The notes under the pieces were generated by a model. That model made no database searches, was not told where the DNA came from, and was given only the letters and a program-made list of their open reading frames with translations. A DNA stretch of 64,000 nt from the human T2T-CHM13v2.0 reference genome, Homo sapiens: the NCBI RefSeq assembly GCF_009914755.1, contig NC_060928.1; one strand, written 5' to 3'. This document shows, in pieces, positions 59,321 through 64,000 of the stretch. How positions within the stretch are numbered: the first letter of the stretch is position 1; each line of letters begins with the position of its first letter. Made by a program: the position numbers and the translations under genes.

Positions 59321-59350
59321 ATGCATGCATGCATGTGTGTGCACATGTGC
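59280..59350. repeat. (TG)n microsatellite with alternating purine-pyrimidine extension
   Basis: about 18 TG units then tatgtatgcatgcatgcatgtgtgtgcacatgtgca. Confidence 0.95.
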
Positions 59351-59512
59351 AAGAGACAGATGGTGGGGCGGGTATGGTAGAGAGGGAGACAGAAACGAAT
59401 GGATTTCTTGAACTACTTTTCTAAAGTAAGAATTGGGGTGGATGAATTAGGACAATTTTGTCTAAGGAGAGAGCAGAGTATAGGTCAAAGGCCAGTTTAA
59501 AGGTCCAGATCA

Positions 59513-59827
<315 letters not shown>

Positions 59828-61129
59828 TCAGTATTTGCCGAACTCTTTGTCATTTATCTACTCTAGTTAAAATTTTTTGCTTTATTCACATAGTGCTTTT
59901 TTCTTTAATAAATTAGTAACATTATTGTGTATAATAAAATTAAAACATATTATACATTTTAAACAAATAAGATCCACTAAAATATAAAGTATGAAATGTA
60001 AATAGTAATCTAATAAATTTGCTAAGTCCCCTAGTGATAAGAATGGAATAATTTTCCTCATTAAAAATCAGATATTCTGCTTGATAATTGCTTAAAGATA
60101 CTGATGAGGCTATTGTACTAATTAGATGATTGCTTTTTTCCACTTTTGATGCTAACTAGCATAAAAAATGTCAAATCTAGTTTATTTAGTTGGAAAATAG
60201 AAAAGATATTAACTGTCTTCTCTGACGTAGCATATATATTGTGTATACTTCATATTCTAAAAGTCTGTCAGCTCCTGGAAGCAAAGTTATGTCACTGTTG
60301 AGAATGGGATGATGAATTGGAAATCTGTCTAAACTTCTGATTAGTTAAAAAGAAAGTTGGATATCCAAGGATTTGAGGCATACACTGGCATGCAAGGTGC
60401 TGATGCCTGTAATGTATATTAATTACTATAGCACTGTCTGCTTTATTCTCATTTGTAGTGATGCTATTCGACAAATCACAGGTTTGATACATTAGACACT
60501 TTTCTTTTAATTTCTGTGTAACTATTAAAAAATAAGTTATCACAAAAATCATCTTGCATTCCCCAGGTTAGGAAATATTGGGTTGCATATCTGGGAAAGT
60601 GCATAAGACTTGTTTTACTCCACTCCTATGAAATTTATGTATTTAAGGATGTGTTAGAAAAAATTATACACTCAGCCACTAAAGGTTAGAAATGTGGAAC
60701 TTCATGTGGGAACATTGCTCCAGCCACACTTGGTACGTCAATGCTACTTCATTAATATTATACCTATTTAACATCAGATTGTATGTTGAGTATAGTATCT
60801 TCTGTAACAATTTAAAAAGAGCTCTAAACTAATGTTCCTGCTTATGACAAAGTCAGTGGAAGAAGAGAATTGGGGTTAAATGTTTGTCTCTCAGTGGATA
60901 AGGGCTATTTGAGTAGAATATAAGAAACCAAGTAGTAGTTCCTTAGACAGAGGGAAAGAGTCACTATCTTTGTTGGAATAATTATTTCCTTTTCTTTTCT
61001 ACTATCTTTTGCTAAACTTTCTACTCTTCCACCATGTTAATTTATCTTTAGTATGAATATCAGAGAGTATTACTGTGTTATATTCCAATAATAGTTAAAA
61101 TAAACATCATCTATGCATACGTTATCTTC

Positions 61130-61690
61130 TTATGATATAATTGCCCTGTTATATTAGTTATCTGTTGATGCCTAATAAATTATCTCAAAACTTAATGGTT
61201 TAAAACAGCAGTTAACATTTATTATCTTACATACTTTCTTTGGATCAGAAATTTAGGGGTGGCTTAACAGGGTGGTTGTGTCTGGTAAGGCTGGGTCGGC
61301 TGTCCTCTGAAGGCTTGGCTGGTGATAAAGGATGTAATTTACAAGATAGTTCACTCACATGGCTTTGGGCAGGAGGCTTCAGTCCCCTGCCACATGGATT
61401 TCTTCAAAAGACTGCTTGAGTTTTCTCTTTGCCAAGGCAAAAATTATTTTGAACAAGGAATTATTGATTCTGGTTTCTCCCTCAATAAGTGATCCAAGAG
61501 ACAGAGCAAGGAGGAATCTGAAATGTCTTTTTAGACCTAGTCTCAGCAGTCATGGGCTGCTGCTTGTGCCATATTTCATTTGTTAGAATTGAGTCACTAG
61601 ATCTAGCTCATGTTCAAGGGCAGTGAAATTCGGTTTCACCCTTCGAAGGGAGGAATGTCAGATAACTTGTAGACATTTTTTAATACCTGT
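61130..61690 (-). mobile_element. MLT1 (MLT1F-like) LTR
   Basis: attagttatct.ttg...caaaacttaatggttttaaaaca...tcactcacatggct...ggcttcagtcccctgccacatgg. Confidence 0.75.
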
Positions 61691-62388
61691 TTAAACTAGG
61701 TTAAGGTGATAACCCTATTGAGTTACAGTCTGCCAATAGGAATCCATAAATTTATTTTGGGAATAGGAAGAGGGTGATTCATATAGGGAATCCGAAAGTT
61801 CTAAAAGGAATGATTGACAGACAGGAGGGGGGATGCCCATCTCTCTTTGAGTTTTACCCACTGTGATCTGTTTTTTTTTTTCCTTCAATTTTCTGGGTAA
61901 AAACATCTGATCTGTGTTTTAAGGAGAGATGGGACTCTGTCACACAGAGGCAGGCTCAGACTGGCAGTTAATGCATCCAGAATGGACTTTAAACTGAATT
62001 GTTTTTTAAATTAAGATACCTAAGTTCTATTTACTAAGCAAGTCTATTTACTTGTAGGTAACTTACTATTTATTTTCCTCTGTTATATGCTAGCCTTCAG
62101 TAAGTATTTAAGTATCCTATTCTTGGCTCAGATATGCTGAAGGGGCTTGGACTAAGGGATTAAATAGACGACTTTTGCCTTTCTTTTCTCTTCTAAGACC
62201 TGTTTGGTGGCAATGGCAATGAGCTCTCAACGGTTAGGTAAATTTAGGGGATCAGTTAAGACTTGTGAAATTGAGATACTACTTTGAACATTAGGATTCT
62301 CCCTTCATTACTACTGTTAAGAGGATTTGCATATGAATTATGAAAGGAACTTAATAGCTTTCTTACATTGTCTCGTTCTTATGCTATA

Positions 62389-63567
62389 CAGTCATGCATT
62401 GCATAACAATGGGGACATGTTCTAAGAAATTGCATCATTAGGCAATTTTATTGTTGTATGAACATCATAGAGTGCATTTACACAAACTTAGATGGTATAG
62501 CCTACTACACATCTAGGCTTTATTATATAGCTTATTGCTCTTACGCTACAAACCTGTATAGCATGTTACTATATTTAGTACTATAGACAATTGTAACAGA
62601 ATGGTAAGTATTTTTGTATCTAAACATAGAAAAGGTAAAATAAAAATATTGTATAAAGGATTAAAAATGGTACATCTGTATAGGGCACTTACCATGAATG
62701 GAGCTTAGAGGACTGGAAGTTTTTCTGGGTGGGTCAATGAGTGAGTCGTGAGTGAACGTGAAGGCCTAGGACATTACTGTACACTATTATAGACTTGACT
62801 TTATAAACACTGCATTCTTAGAACACACTAAATTTATATAAAATTTTTTTCTTCTTCAATAATAAATTAACCTTAGTTTACTGTGACTTTTTTACTTTAT
62901 AAACTTTGAAAATTTAAAAACATTTTGACTCTTTGGTTATAACACAAAACACAAACATGTACAACTGTACAAAAATATTTTCTTTATATTCTTATTCTAT
63001 AAGTTTTTTCTTTTTTAACTTTTCTTTTTATACTTTTTTGTTGAAAACTAAGACACAAACACACACATCAGCCCGGGCCTACACAAGATGTGGATTGTCA
63101 ATATCACTGTCTTCCACCTCCACATCTTGTCTCACTGCAAGTTCTTTAGGGGCAATAACAGGCATGGAGCTGTCATCTCCTATGATAACAATACCTTCTC
63201 CTGGAATACCTCCTAAAGGACCTGCCTGAGGCTGTTTTACAGTCGACTTTAAATAAAATAAGTAGGAGTATACTTGAACATAACTCAAAAATATGGTACA
63301 GTAAATACATAAAGCAGTAATACAGTCATTATCAAATATGCACTGTACACAATTGTATTGCTATACTTTTATACAACTGGCAGCCCAGTAGGTGTGTTCA
63401 AATCAGCATCACCACAAACACATGAGTAAGCTGTTGTGCTATGGTGTTACAATGGCTACGATATCACTAGGTGATAGGAATTTTTCAGCTCTATTTTAAT
63501 CTTATGGAACCACCATCATATGTATGGTCCATTGGTGAGTGAAAGGTCATTATGTGGTATATGACTA
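62389..63567. mobile_element. Tigger3b (Golem) non-autonomous DNA transposon, apparently complete
   Basis: ta|cagtcatgcattgcataac...ttatgtggtatatgacta|ta inverted termini, about 1.18 kb. Confidence 0.88.
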
Positions 63568-64000
63568 TATTTCCAGGCTGGGTTGAGGGAGAGGTACACA
63601 GGGATTCTTGGGTTAAGAAATCTTTATATTCTCATCTTCTCTTAAAAGCCAAGAGCCCTGTAGGATAATTTTCATAGAACCAGTGGTCTCAGGCTCCAGA
63701 CTCTAGATACTTTAAATACTATAATAATTTATTATATGCAAAAATAACCCTCATTTAACTTTAGCTAATTTATAAAGCAGTCCTAGCAATTCATCTTTTG
63801 TTGGTAGCTATATATAGGGAATGCCTTTGTCAAAAGGAAAATTACTGTGGTGTCCCAGCATAACCAAGGCATTTGATCACTGTGTTCAGTAGTGATTTTA
63901 GAGTGATGCTGTCTGATAAGGTGACTGATTTTTTACTTTAAGTCTTGTTTACTATGATAATAACAGTTAATATTTATTATTTTTACTAGATATTGTTCTC

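Overview
AT-rich, repeat-dense primate (almost certainly human, 4q21) genomic DNA from inside the BMP2K/BIKE gene (NAK-family Ser/Thr kinase, AAK1 paralog) on the + strand. The window starts in intron 1, holds 12 coding exons (exons 2-13, with splice phases that chain into one ORF) and ends just before the next exon. These exons encode nearly the whole kinase domain (GGFS loop, HRDLK, DFG, YRAPE), a linker, the Q27H8 tract and the Q/P-rich region. The rest is intron filled with Alu, L1, L2, MIR, MaLR/ERVL LTRs and Tigger/MER DNA transposons; most long ORFs in the six-frame track are repeat artefacts. I see no wholly new gene system. The most unusual structures are: a multi-step templated inverted insertion in an Alu (4.6-5.6 kb); a GC donor at exon 13 with an in-frame stop and a competing GT donor behind it; phase-matched exon blocks 2-3, 2-7 and 2-10 that would form stop-free circular ORFs; two perfect palindromes; an L1-retroposed HERV-W LTR fragment; and a Tigger1 with nested MER85, ERV and Alu insertions. 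Repeat subfamily names and exon numbers come from recalled consensus sequences and annotation, not from a search.
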